From: a virus
DNA length: 64,000 nt
Strand: one strand, 5' to 3'
Virus record (IMG/VR): IMGVR_UViG_3300030108_004965
Span: 64,001-128,000 of that record
In this document: positions 1-9,257 of the stretch, one piece after another
Position numbering within the stretch: position 1 is the first letter of the stretch
Layout of the letters: each line of letters begins with the position of its first letter
The notes under the pieces: model-generated
Seen by the model: only the letters and a program-made list of their open reading frames with translations
The model's database searches: none
What the model was told of the DNA's origin: nothing
Position numbers and translations under genes: made by a program

Positions 1-681
1 TCCATTTTGCCCACAACGATCACCAACAAACCAAACATCCCAATTAGGAAAATGTTTTAGTCCATAAGTTTTATCCCATCCTGTTGGATAAATGTCAAAC
101 GAAGTATCTCCACCAAGTTTTATCGTAACATCATTGTTTATCTCTTTTAGTTGTAGGATTGCCCTTAGTTCATCAATAAAATGCTTACGAATACTTCGTT
201 CCTTATCCATTTTGATGAATTGTTCTCTTTGTTTTTGATTAGCATTTCTGCCAATCGGACTCCAGTTGATCAGAGAACCTCTGCAGTTTATAAAATGTCC
301 GGTCAAAGGACAGCCAATGTGACAGACATCCAATTGAGAACAGATCAACTCACAAATCAATTCTCTATATTTTTTTTCTCCGAGTTCTTTTTCCATAAAA
401 ACTTCGTGTGCAAGTTCAAAGTCCCCATCAGCAGTTTGTGGGGGCTTAAAGTACTTTGTTCCATTACAAGGCATCAAGTGCGTCTTATAACGACAAGAGG
501 AGTTTTTCAAAAAACTTTTCATTTGCTCCCTTAGATAGTCTTCATCGGAACCGGTTATTATTCCGATTTCTGCGAATTCACTAAGTCTTCGTAATGATGG
601 CTCTAAGATCTTGGGATTAAATTGTTGTCTGGGTTCAGTTAACGTTCCGTCCATGTCGAACAATACAATTGTCCTACTCAT
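1..681 (-). CDS. HAD-IIB phosphomannomutase-like protein (eukaryotic PMM type), 3' end runs off window
   Basis: Manual translation, absent from ORF track: MSRTIVLFDMDGTLT (HAD motif I) ... GGDTSFDIYPTGWDKTYGL ... FVGDRCGQNG, matching PMM1/2-family motifs. Confidence 0.85.
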   Translation of the reverse strand, partial: MSRTIVLFDMDGTLTEPRQQFNPKILEPSLRRLSEFAEIGIITGSDEDYLREQMKSFLKNSSCRYKTHLMPCNGTKYFKPPQTADGDFELAHEVFMEKELGEKKYRELICELICSQLDVCHIGCPLTGHFINCRGSLINWSPIGRNANQKQREQFIKMDKERSIRKHFIDELRAILQLKEINNDVTIKLGGDTSFDIYPTGWDKTYGLKHFPNWDVWFVGDRCGQNG

Positions 682-883
682 TATTTGAACTCCCAATTGG
701 GGTACCTGATTTTACAACAAACTTGGTGCCAAAAGGTCCACAGCGGCGAACCTTTGTAAGGCCGTCTAGATTATTTCTATGTTCGTCGGCTTGCTGGAAA
801 TTATCATAAAATGCAACGTTGTTCCACATAACTTTTTGTGGGTTCGGTAACCTTTTGTCAGTAGTCTCCGTGTTCTCACTCAT
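674..883 (-). CDS. hypothetical protein (69 aa)
   Basis: ORF with GGAG RBS and upstream sigma70-like promoter. Confidence 0.7.
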   Translation of the reverse strand: MSENTETTDKRLPNPQKVMWNNVAFYDNFQQADEHRNNLDGLTKVRRCGPFGTKFVVKSGTPIGSSNNE

Positions 884-919
884 ACTGTTCTCCTATTATA
901 AAAATGTAGTTGTTCTTAT

Positions 920-948
920 AATATAACCTATGTAAGATCACTTGTCAA
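920..948 (-). promoter_or_regulatory. sigma70-type promoter
   Basis: TTGACA-N17-TATATT. Confidence 0.7.
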
Positions 949-1108
949 GTTTTTTTTCTACTTCGCCTTTAACATCCTTTATAATGTCGAGAGCCTCGTA
1001 AATCTTTCTTTGGTAAGGTTCTGCTGTGGCCAAGTAAGCGGCTCTTCTAATTTTATGTTCAATTTTGTCCAGAGCCAAATAAATTTTTACATCTAGGTCA
1101 TTGCTCAT
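938..1108 (-). CDS. hypothetical protein (56 aa)
   Basis: Manual ORF MSNDLDVKIYLALDK..., fills gap and overlaps upstream gene. Confidence 0.55.
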   Translation of the reverse strand: MSNDLDVKIYLALDKIEHKIRRAAYLATAEPYQRKIYEALDIIKDVKGEVEKKLDK

Positions 1109-1325
1109 TTTCTACAACCTCTAAATAAATTTCTGGTATTGTTTCTTCCCTTCCGTTCGCCCACAATACGGTTATTTTACCTCTATCGATACCATCATAG
1201 GAGTGTGTTGTTTTTTCATGTACTTCCTTGACGATCCCCAATAGTCCTAAGTTTAGTGAACTACGAATAAACTCCGACATAACTACTCCAGAACCTCTCT
1301 GTTTAACTAGGTCACCTACTTTCAT
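1098..1325 (-). CDS. KOW/SH3-like mini-protein (GDLV family)
   Basis: MKVGDLVK...LGIVKEV...VLWANG...YLEVV. Confidence 0.75.
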   Translation of the reverse strand: MKVGDLVKQRGSGVVMSEFIRSSLNLGLLGIVKEVHEKTTHSYDGIDRGKITVLWANGREETIPEIYLEVVENEQ

Positions 1326-1539
1326 TTAATAACTCCAATTCATAATCTGAGAACTTCCAGACACCATCTGTTGTATGTACATAATAAATGATTCCTCGAA
1401 ACTCTATGCACCTATCAACCTCTATTATGATGCCAACACCCTTATGTTCTCCTCTAACAAAGAAAGGAGCGAATCCGGAATGTTTTATGGCTACAAGATC
1501 CCCTATCTTAAATATAGCAGATTCTTCTGTCATTGTCAA
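1312..1539 (-). CDS. KOW/SH3-like mini-protein (GDLV family)
   Basis: FKIGDLVAI...GIIIEV...ELELLNESR*; 14-nt overlap junction with next gene. Confidence 0.75.
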   Translation of the reverse strand: MTMTEESAIFKIGDLVAIKHSGFAPFFVRGEHKGVGIIIEVDRCIEFRGIIYYVHTTDGVWKFSDYELELLNESR

Positions 1540-1589
1540 ATTTTCTTTTTGTTTATTTTTTCTTTTATATACATGTATAATAAATACTA

Positions 1590-1934
1590 TTAATCGTTAT
1601 TAAATAACTTTTCTGTATTATACCTTTTAATTAATTTATCAAACTCTCTTATATCTATACCTAACATTCTAGCACCATCTCTTTTAGATTGACATGCTGA
1701 TAATACAAATCTCAATACAGCATCTTTACAAATAGAGGGCATGGCTTTCCACAATGGAAAATTGTATAACTTTTGCTTGGTTAATTGCGCTGATAATTCT
1801 AATTTTATTGCAATTATTTCTTCAAAAGTTAACGTGGATAGCGTGTTTAAGAATTGATCGTTCACTCTTTGTTTTTTTCTCATAAGAGAAATAAAAGAAT
1901 AATTCTTAAATTTGTTTGTCTTTTTAGTTGACAT
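1590..1934 (-). CDS. putative Fis-like helix-turn-helix protein
   Basis: C-terminal SKRDGARMLGIDIREFDKLIKRY resembles the Fis-family HTH. Confidence 0.5.
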   Translation of the reverse strand: MSTKKTNKFKNYSFISLMRKKQRVNDQFLNTLSTLTFEEIIAIKLELSAQLTKQKLYNFPLWKAMPSICKDAVLRFVLSACQSKRDGARMLGIDIREFDKLIKRYNTEKLFNND

Positions 1935-1972
1935 CAGAACCTTTATAGGTTATATTATATCTGTAGTTGTTT

Positions 1973-2866
1973 TTAGTTTTGCATAGAATCATATTGATCC
2001 GTTGATGGCTCCGATACTTCTTTTTGGATTTCATCTTCGAATTTGTCAAAATATAATTTCATGTTTGTGATCAGGTAGTCTACAAATATTTTTTTGTCTT
2101 CTACATTTGCCAACATGTCATAAGCATCAAGGATATATTGTGATACTTTCTTAAATGTTGTAAACGCCATATTTCGTCCTGTTTCGTCCAAGCCAGACAA
2201 ACCATCTCCAAATTGTTCTACCTCGTTTGGTTCGTCATCGTCTTCGACAGGTATCTTTTTTTCTTCATCTTCGACATCGATCTGGATTTCTGCTTCTTCT
2301 AGCGCACCTAGGACATCTTCCAAATCATCATCGCCTTCTTCTGCTCCCGTAACATCTTCTGGTGTTTCGGTTTCGGTTTCTTGACCATAAACTTCTTCGT
2401 CAGAGTTTGGTCCCCCAAATTCCGGAGTTGGCTCAGCCATCAGCGCATCAGTTCCTGATAAATAAGTATCATTAACAAGTGAAGGTGCAAGTGCCTTTTT
2501 GACAGCAGAAATCATGTGGGCACGAAATGACTCTCTTTGGGTTTTTGATGTTGTCATTCTCTTATAGTCAGTTCGAAGAGTTGTGATCATTTTCTTGAGG
2601 ACATCTTCGAGAACATTAATACCAGTAGATCGATGAGGGTGCATATCTGAAATGTCTCCCTCTTGAAGAAGTTGTCTTATTATTTTTCTCAAACGCAACT
2701 CTTCAGAGATTCGTCTTTTCTTATTTTCTAAAATAATTTTATTTATTTTTTTTCTTATGTATTTTCTGACAACTTGTTCACCAATAATTTCTTCTCTCAC
2801 AGGCTCTTCCTCTTTATCAATTAGTTCAAACAGTTGCTTGAAACTTGTAACTTCAATTTTGGCCAT
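1973..2866 (-). CDS. acidic hypothetical protein, possible internal virion protein
   Basis: 297 aa, LRKIIRQLLQE-type motifs, long D/E-rich stretch. Confidence 0.6.
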   Translation of the reverse strand: MAKIEVTSFKQLFELIDKEEEPVREEIIGEQVVRKYIRKKINKIILENKKRRISEELRLRKIIRQLLQEGDISDMHPHRSTGINVLEDVLKKMITTLRTDYKRMTTSKTQRESFRAHMISAVKKALAPSLVNDTYLSGTDALMAEPTPEFGGPNSDEEVYGQETETETPEDVTGAEEGDDDLEDVLGALEEAEIQIDVEDEEKKIPVEDDDEPNEVEQFGDGLSGLDETGRNMAFTTFKKVSQYILDAYDMLANVEDKKIFVDYLITNMKLYFDKFEDEIQKEVSEPSTDQYDSMQN

Positions 2867-3966
2867 TATTTAAACCTTAATCTAATTTTTCTATTATTTT
2901 TTAACACTCTTTTGACTGACTCTTGTAGGTCGTTTCCTTCTTTCATCTCTTCTTTGTCTTCTTCTTCATTGTCATCTCCACCAACGTGCTTACGTAATTG
3001 TGGAGGAACTTTAGACATATCTTTCTTTTTAGAGCCACCTTCTTTTTCTTTCTTGTCCTGTTGTGCTTTAGAGATAGGTTCTTCTTTGTCTCCGTCACCA
3101 TCAACATCAGGAAAGTCAGGCTTTTCTGCCTCGTCTACGATGTTATTTCTTTCCTTGGTTTTCCGGAGCATCTCGTCCGCTCCTTCATTGTCAATCATAT
3201 CTTCTTTTTTGACCGGAGGGTGATCATCTCTCTTGTGATCTTCTTCTGTAAATGCCTCCAGAACAGTCAATTTTGATTCATGTATGTTCCTGATAATACT
3301 ACCATCTTCGAACTTAACATCGTACTTGGTGACTTTCTGTAATGATTCGTTCCAATTATGGTCAACAGTTACGCCTTTTTTTCCTTCATGCACAACATGG
3401 TGCGCACAATAGTGATTTGGGGCAAAAACTCTATCTTGGTTTTCTTCAAGATCGTATTCTTTTTTGTTTTCTTTTAAAATACCGAACTTTTTCATAAGAA
3501 GCTTGTTGAGTTCGTTGTTTTTCCATTCATTTAGAGACATTTGTTCGTTCCTTTTTAATTTTAATCCGTCTTCATACTCGCGCAAGGTTTCATTACCATC
3601 TTTCATGGCTTCTTGTTCAAGTTTTTTCAATCCTTTGTTCTTTAAATAGTACCCTTCCCCATGATATCCCCCAACGTCTAATCTGCCTTCGAGGTTCTGT
3701 CTGTGGTGAATAAGTTCGTGTGCGATAGATCTAAGCATGTCTTTTGGGTGTCGACCGTCAGTATATACGTGTATTTCAAGGGTGCTAGGGTCATAATAAG
3801 CTGTTTTTCCCAAAACATCAGCCTGATTACTAGGTTCTGAGTCGAAAACCATCACAGGAGGCTTAGAGAAGCCGTATTTTTGATCAAAATGATCATACAT
3901 ACCGTTGACATGACCTTCTAAAGAGGACAAATCAATGTTTGCGGGGTTTTTTATCTGACAGGGCAT
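2866..3966 (-). CDS. protein with N-terminal HExxH zincin-like domain, possible virion protein
   Basis: SIAHELIHHRQ motif; DVDGDGD motif; K/E-rich tail; CTAATTA motif just upstream. Confidence 0.6.
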   Translation of the reverse strand: MPCQIKNPANIDLSSLEGHVNGMYDHFDQKYGFSKPPVMVFDSEPSNQADVLGKTAYYDPSTLEIHVYTDGRHPKDMLRSIAHELIHHRQNLEGRLDVGGYHGEGYYLKNKGLKKLEQEAMKDGNETLREYEDGLKLKRNEQMSLNEWKNNELNKLLMKKFGILKENKKEYDLEENQDRVFAPNHYCAHHVVHEGKKGVTVDHNWNESLQKVTKYDVKFEDGSIIRNIHESKLTVLEAFTEEDHKRDDHPPVKKEDMIDNEGADEMLRKTKERNNIVDEAEKPDFPDVDGDGDKEEPISKAQQDKKEKEGGSKKKDMSKVPPQLRKHVGGDDNEEEDKEEMKEGNDLQESVKRVLKNNRKIRLRFK

Positions 3967-3973
3967 ACCTTAA

Positions 3974-4282
3974 TTAGTCCTCTAAATCCGATTTTTTAAC
4001 TAAAATAAGGCTTATTTTGACTGGTTTTGAGTGTCCAAACGGCAGTATTTCGGCTATTTTTATCTCTCTTTTGTCTAATTTACCGGTATATATTGACATT
4101 AATACCCCATATTTGTAGTCTCGGGACACTTTTTCGTGCTCAATATGCCATCCGGGCCACCTAACTATCTCTCCGATGTCGAATTTTTCCGTCTGAGAGT
4201 CCCCAAAAACCTTATTTTTGAGTTTATCGAGCATTTCTTTGCTCAATTTAAGTATTTTCACCTGAATTGCGTCCATAATCAA
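3974..4282 (-). CDS. hypothetical protein with divergent KOW-like segment
   Basis: FDIGEIVRW...YGVLM. Confidence 0.6.
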   Translation of the reverse strand: MIMDAIQVKILKLSKEMLDKLKNKVFGDSQTEKFDIGEIVRWPGWHIEHEKVSRDYKYGVLMSIYTGKLDKREIKIAEILPFGHSKPVKISLILVKKSDLED

Positions 4283-4562
4283 TCAATTCCACGCAATTTC
4301 CCCAAGGATCGGTCAAATAATGGTATTTTGAACCGTCTCGGTGCTCCTTGAACTCTAATTTACTAAAAGATTTCGGATTTACCTCCACAGCGAAGTGATT
4401 TGGGTGCGAATTTCGCAAAAAAAGTGCTAATTTTACGTTATCGAACCTCAAAAGCGCCCAAGATTCGTCATGATAAAGCATTTCTGCTTGAAAAGCGGCC
4501 CTATACCACCCACATGCCTCATAAATATCATCAACAGGTATCGCTATGTGGTCAATTTTCAC
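4248..4562 (-). CDS. VOC/glyoxalase family protein
   Basis: MKIDHIAIPVDD...HFAVEV...YLTDPWGNCVELI. Confidence 0.85.
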   Translation of the reverse strand: MKIDHIAIPVDDIYEACGWYRAAFQAEMLYHDESWALLRFDNVKLALFLRNSHPNHFAVEVNPKSFSKLEFKEHRDGSKYHYLTDPWGNCVELIDYGRNSGENT

Positions 4563-4927
4563 TCTTCACCCAGTTCTTCAAGCATTTTCACTATAGTATT
4601 GTCTAAATTTTGCATCCCAACAGGCTCAACTGGGTCCATTTCAGGTGTTACTTGGTCATATGCACCCTCTTCCATGCCATATTCCACATAATGCTTGACA
4701 GTTTTAAGGTAATCAGCGGCTTTTGTCAGTTTTGCTTGTACCCAAGACTCTAATTGTGTAGTATCTGTGAGCATTTGGCTTAATTCTCGTGAATATCTTT
4801 CCATATCGTGCAATTGTCTCTTAGCCATAGCCCCTTCGTGGTCCATTTCTTGACCCATATGGGGGTCATCCATCATTTCACACTCTTCTTGGATGATTTC
4901 AACAAGTCTTTTTTTACTAATCTTCAT
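4559..4927 (-). CDS. hypothetical protein, possible internal head protein
   Basis: MKISKKRLVEIIQEE N-terminus; DHEGAMAKRQL...WVQAKLTKAADYL. Confidence 0.6.
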   Translation of the reverse strand: MKISKKRLVEIIQEECEMMDDPHMGQEMDHEGAMAKRQLHDMERYSRELSQMLTDTTQLESWVQAKLTKAADYLKTVKHYVEYGMEEGAYDQVTPEMDPVEPVGMQNLDNTIVKMLEELGEE

Positions 4928-4930
4928 TTT

Positions 4931-4993
4931 TTAGCCCTTTATAAATGCAATATAGAATAAAAGCAATACAATAACTGTCATTTCTTCAAGCAT
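4931..4993 (-). CDS. small hydrophobic peptide (20 aa)
   Basis: Manual ORF MLEEMTVIVLLLFYIAFIKG with GGAG RBS. Confidence 0.35.
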   Translation of the reverse strand: MLEEMTVIVLLLFYIAFIKG

Positions 4994-5070
4994 CGCTACT
5001 CCTAACATAGTAATTAGAAAAAAAATTGTTATTTTTATTGTATTTTCGATTTTTTCTTCTATCGGTATCA

Positions 5071-5445
5071 TTAATTCAGCCCTATAAATTGTAATTCACT
5101 CCTAGGAACCTTCAAGATCATACCAATGAACCAAGAATGGTGACAATAAATGTAGCATTCGTCAGATTTAGCTGCCTGCCAAGGTATATAATAATACTCA
5201 GAGTTCCTAGGGCAAGGAACAAACTTCTTATCATTATGAGAATAGTAATAACCTACCCCCTTTCCTTTTAATCTGACGGGTTCCAAAAGGGTACCATCAT
5301 CATCCTGCAGCATTTTTGCGAGTTTTTCAGCCATTTTCAAGGGATTTTTGTATAAATACTCCCTTAACTTTGCTTTATTTTTGATCTCGCTATTCTCCGC
5401 CGCCACCATCGCCGCCTCCATCGTTGCTATCACCGTACCCGCCAC
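5071..5445 (-). CDS. hypothetical protein (start uncertain)
   Basis: ORF track; 5' part overlaps Gly-rich tail of upstream gene. Confidence 0.55.
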   Translation of the reverse strand: MAGTVIATMEAAMVAAENSEIKNKAKLREYLYKNPLKMAEKLAKMLQDDDGTLLEPVRLKGKGVGYYYSHNDKKFVPCPRNSEYYYIPWQAAKSDECYIYCHHSWFIGMILKVPRSELQFIGLN

Positions 5446-6652
5446 CGTACCACCAAGATCCTACGCCCCAATGGTACTTATTTGTACGTTTTTTTCTTCT
5501 AGAGCCTTTTTTAGGCCCGGGTTTCTTACCTTTTCTACGTTTCTTACGCTTTTTTTTCTCATCAATGTCGTAAACAAACCTAATTTTTATTTTTTTTTCT
5601 TTTTTTTTGTCATTTTCTTCCTCAAGAGCGCCACCGAAACCAACTGGAGCGCTTTTTGACCGAGGTAAACTCAAATTCTTCATACCAGAAGTCTTATATT
5701 TATTCAAACCAGTATCTACAATCTTTTTTTTCTGGTTGTTGTATCCTTTTCTGACCTGTTTTTGATACTTTTCCATTTCTAAAAGTAAATTTTCATCCTC
5801 AGAGATAAAATTTATTACATTTTTTAGATTTTGAGTTGCACCTTCTCTTGAAGACATCTTGTCTATTACTTGATCAAGAGTTCCACAAAAATAATCTTCA
5901 ACTTCCCACTGCAATTTTACAATTCCTTTGAGTTCTTCACAAGAATACGGTACCATTGCCAAGAAATAATGAACCAATTTGTCTTTTTTCTGCCAAACTG
6001 TGTCTTTGGAGCCAAGATATTCGACTCCCCTGACTTCTAGGGCGAGTTCTTCCTTCACTTCTCTCCAAAATGCATAGGGAGCCTCTTCTCCTTCCATCAA
6101 ATGACCACCGGGAGCATCCCACTCCAAGGAATCAGACCTTTGCGCTATGACAAAACGATTATCATTAGTCATTATTATACCCTTTGAGATTACTTCGATG
6201 TCTGAAAGCAGTTCATCGGGGTATTTTACTGTGATGTTGAAGTCTTTGTGAAGATTTCCATATGCTTTTATGGCTTCATGTTCCTTTGGATCATCATCCC
6301 AGTGCATTGAAGAACCCAATTCATAAAGTTTTTTTGCTTTTGTGTCTCCGTTTGTATAGAAAATACCATCAACATCTAATTTTAACTGATCCAACATAGT
6401 TCGAACAGACGATTCAGGGACTTCTAAGTCAACATTTCGAGAAGTTACAACAAAAACAGTGACTCCAGCTTCTTTAAACTTCTTTAATTTAGAAATAATT
6501 TTTTTATTCAAGCCACCAAACTGATATTGTATCTCAACATCATCATTACTGTTCTCAAAAGACTTTACAATTGTGTTATCGAAATCAAAAGTTACAACTT
6601 TTGCATTTTTATTCTCATTAAGTTTTTTCATTTTATTTATAAGGTCTTTCAT
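5390..6652 (-). CDS. HAD-like phosphatase / Nudix hydrolase fusion
   Basis: TFDFDNTI (HAD motif I), WDDD; Nudix box GGHLMEGEEAPYAFWREVKEELAL; Lys-rich and Gly-rich tail. Confidence 0.75.
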   Translation of the reverse strand: MKDLINKMKKLNENKNAKVVTFDFDNTIVKSFENSNDDVEIQYQFGGLNKKIISKLKKFKEAGVTVFVVTSRNVDLEVPESSVRTMLDQLKLDVDGIFYTNGDTKAKKLYELGSSMHWDDDPKEHEAIKAYGNLHKDFNITVKYPDELLSDIEVISKGIIMTNDNRFVIAQRSDSLEWDAPGGHLMEGEEAPYAFWREVKEELALEVRGVEYLGSKDTVWQKKDKLVHYFLAMVPYSCEELKGIVKLQWEVEDYFCGTLDQVIDKMSSREGATQNLKNVINFISEDENLLLEMEKYQKQVRKGYNNQKKKIVDTGLNKYKTSGMKNLSLPRSKSAPVGFGGALEEENDKKKEKKIKIRFVYDIDEKKKRKKRRKGKKPGPKKGSRRKKRTNKYHWGVGSWWYGGGYGDSNDGGGDGGGGE

Positions 6653-6670
6653 TATGCTCTATCTTCCTAT

Positions 6671-6699
6671 ATTATAACACATTTTTGCTACTTTGTCAA
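6671..6699 (-). promoter_or_regulatory. sigma70-type promoter
   Basis: TTGACA-N17-TATAAT, perfect consensus. Confidence 0.8.
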
Positions 6700-6709
6700 C
6701 TATTATTAT

Positions 6710-7138
6710 CTAAATGTCCTCGTCTTCTTCCATTACGTTTTTTAATCCTTGATGCATTGATCTTTCAACGTGTCCTTCGTGCTCTTTTTCAGCACTGACA
6801 AAGCGAATACGAACGCCTCCCATAGTGCCGGAGGTTGAAAACAATTCATTTAGCTTAGAAATGTCTTCTTCTTTCTTGTTGAACTTTTCTATTTCATCTT
6901 TAGTACTGAAAGGAACTCCACCAGCACCCGAAATACCACCGACACCACTTATTTCATCTAGCTCTTCGACTTCTTTTAGTTCACCTTTGTCTCTCAGGAC
7001 GCTCGCAACGTAAGCATTACCTCTTTTTTCATCAAAACCTTTCTGGTTTTGGATACATTGTGATTTTGAATCAAAATCTTTTTCTTGAAAACAATCTTTT
7101 TTCTTTTCTTTTAAAATTCTAACTTTCATGGAACCCAC
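6710..7138 (-). CDS. hypothetical protein, possible virion protein
   Basis: 142 aa ORF preceded by ACTATTTA motif. Confidence 0.6.
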   Translation of the reverse strand: MGSMKVRILKEKKKDCFQEKDFDSKSQCIQNQKGFDEKRGNAYVASVLRDKGELKEVEELDEISGVGGISGAGGVPFSTKDEIEKFNKKEEDISKLNELFSTSGTMGGVRIRFVSAEKEHEGHVERSMHQGLKNVMEEDEDI

Positions 7139-7164
7139 CTCAACTTAAATAGTAAGGGCAAATG

Positions 7165-7683
7165 TTAATCTGGGATCCAAAATAATTCTCCACCTTGTTC
7201 ATGAATCGGGTGCATCATATGGCCTATCTTCTCTACGTGCCTCATGCCGAAAGCATGCCCTAGTTCATGCTCCAAAAGCCTAGGCATGTACTTATGTTCA
7301 TTGGGTAGTATGATTTGAGCAGAAACCATTTTGTTGAGAATAGTCAACCTAGAGGTTACAGCATATGTGTTGGGCAATAAATCACCTTCGCTACGAATTA
7401 AAATCATTCCTTGTGACCATTTATTGCTGCAAATTTTACCATTTTTGTCCCAATGTATGTATCCAATCTCGTATCCGCGTATGCCCCACCACTCAACAGC
7501 CTTGTGGACACGGTAGTTTGTCAATTGGCTATCTGGGCATACAATAACTATTGGTTTCTCTTCCCATTCTCCAATAATAAATCTACTTTCTTCCCAAGCT
7601 GTTTTTATTGCAACACCGATTGCAAACCCAAGAACACCAGATAAGAGAAGCCACCAAAAGTAATAACGCTTTAGCATCCCCAA
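7165..7683 (-). CDS. matrixin-like (M10-type) zinc metalloprotease, membrane-anchored
   Basis: HELGHAFGMRH (HExxHxxGxxH) plus Met-turn MMHP; N-terminal TM segment. Confidence 0.8.
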   Translation of the reverse strand: MGMLKRYYFWWLLLSGVLGFAIGVAIKTAWEESRFIIGEWEEKPIVIVCPDSQLTNYRVHKAVEWWGIRGYEIGYIHWDKNGKICSNKWSQGMILIRSEGDLLPNTYAVTSRLTILNKMVSAQIILPNEHKYMPRLLEHELGHAFGMRHVEKIGHMMHPIHEQGGELFWIPD

Positions 7684-9257
7684 ATACCATATTCGATAGT
7701 AATGGTCTGGCTTGGCTCTGGTACGTACCCATCCTCAAACACAACAGAGTTGTTGTTCGGATCATAGAACCAGCCTGTAGTCGTTAGTTGGCCATTAATT
7801 GAAACCTGAATCGAAGACTCAATAGGATCTGGCTCATCTAATGGGAATCTTGTGCGAATAGTTACAGTGTTTGCAAGATCTTGCATTTGATTACCCCAAT
7901 CAGTAGCACAAATAGAATACCACTCACCATTATAACGCTGAGTCATGTCCCAATATCCTTTACCAAATTGAATTGTGCGCAAAATTGATCCCCATTGAAA
8001 GCTGCAACCAGCAGGATAATCGCCAATCACAGCAAATTGTCGAACCATGTCAACGTTTGGTTTTAAAACATCAAAAAAGCCAGTATAAGCATTCCAAGAT
8101 CCAATACTGTGATCTGGTTCGTCTGAGACATAAATAATAACTGCCGTTGCATCATCTCTCCAGAATGCTGTCCCCGGTGCTCCACCATTAGCATAGTCAG
8201 TATTTTCAAAAAATTGTTTCGCAGTCATAATTCCCATTTCATGGGCTGATCCTGAAATGCCTATTTGCGCTATTACTCCTTGGGCCCAATCGACAGGGTT
8301 TAAGGAATTAATATTGATAAAACAAATAGAACCAGTGCATTGTAGTCCCCATCGATCTGTTGTTATGAACCCTAAGTGAAAATCAGCACCCGAGGCCAAA
8401 AAGACATTCATAAAAGCAGTCATTTGGTTTGATAGTTCTCCTTGAAAAACACCCATAGAACCGGAATTATCAATGACAAATACGATGTCTAAAATAGGTA
8501 TTTCTTCTTGAATGTGCTCTTGTGTTATAATTTGTTCAAAAACTCCTTTTCCAAATTGATTCAGTTCTTCTTCTGCGTTTTGAGGATCATCTCCGCGAAC
8601 TATTATTGAACTCTCATCATCACCAGCGTCACTTGGTATGTAAGAAACAAGAAAATCTATTTCTTGATTTGGATCGAGAACCCATGGCGGAGGAGGTAAA
8701 GAGCCGAACTCCATAATGATATCAACAGGTTGCGTCACCATCTGAACTATCTCATGAATTGTGAGGGGTAAATTCCCATCATTTCTGATTGTTATTCTTT
8801 CCTCATTATCGCAACCCATTGAAATCGTTCCATAATCGAATTCTGAGGGGCCGACAGTCATTACAGGGGCATCACCCTTGCCAATTAAAAGAACTTCAAT
8901 TAAAGGGCTCTCATCGTCGTTAGAAAGCACTTCTATGAGGCCACCATTACTCTCAAATGTTTGAGGCTCATAATACACATCGATTTGAATTCCTTCTCCG
9001 GGCTGTAATTCCCAGCGATCTGATTCATCATGATCTACTGTAAACCTTGAGTTTCCTGCAATAAGATTCAAGGGATCAAGTAATAATACTTCATCCCCTG
9101 CATTTACAATAGTTAATTCCTCAACACCAGTTTCTTCTCCCGATCTTATGTTACCAAAATTAATAACTTCTGGTAAAACCACAATTTCAGGCTCTGGATT
9201 GTGTATTTTATTTAATGCTATGTCTTGACAAGCAAATAAAACTCCTAATAACAACAT
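7671..9257 (-). CDS. lipoprotein with two Ig-like (ASH/choice-of-anchor D-like) domains and a VWA domain
   Basis: Lipobox LLGVLFAC; repeated 'I.I.N.G...L.I'; LDIVFVIDNSGSM (MIDAS DxSxS); YVSDEPD. Confidence 0.75.
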   Translation of the reverse strand: MLLLGVLFACQDIALNKIHNPEPEIVVLPEVINFGNIRSGEETGVEELTIVNAGDEVLLLDPLNLIAGNSRFTVDHDESDRWELQPGEGIQIDVYYEPQTFESNGGLIEVLSNDDESPLIEVLLIGKGDAPVMTVGPSEFDYGTISMGCDNEERITIRNDGNLPLTIHEIVQMVTQPVDIIMEFGSLPPPPWVLDPNQEIDFLVSYIPSDAGDDESSIIVRGDDPQNAEEELNQFGKGVFEQIITQEHIQEEIPILDIVFVIDNSGSMGVFQGELSNQMTAFMNVFLASGADFHLGFITTDRWGLQCTGSICFININSLNPVDWAQGVIAQIGISGSAHEMGIMTAKQFFENTDYANGGAPGTAFWRDDATAVIIYVSDEPDHSIGSWNAYTGFFDVLKPNVDMVRQFAVIGDYPAGCSFQWGSILRTIQFGKGYWDMTQRYNGEWYSICATDWGNQMQDLANTVTIRTRFPLDEPDPIESSIQVSINGQLTTTGWFYDPNNNSVVFEDGYVPEPSQTITIEYGIWGC

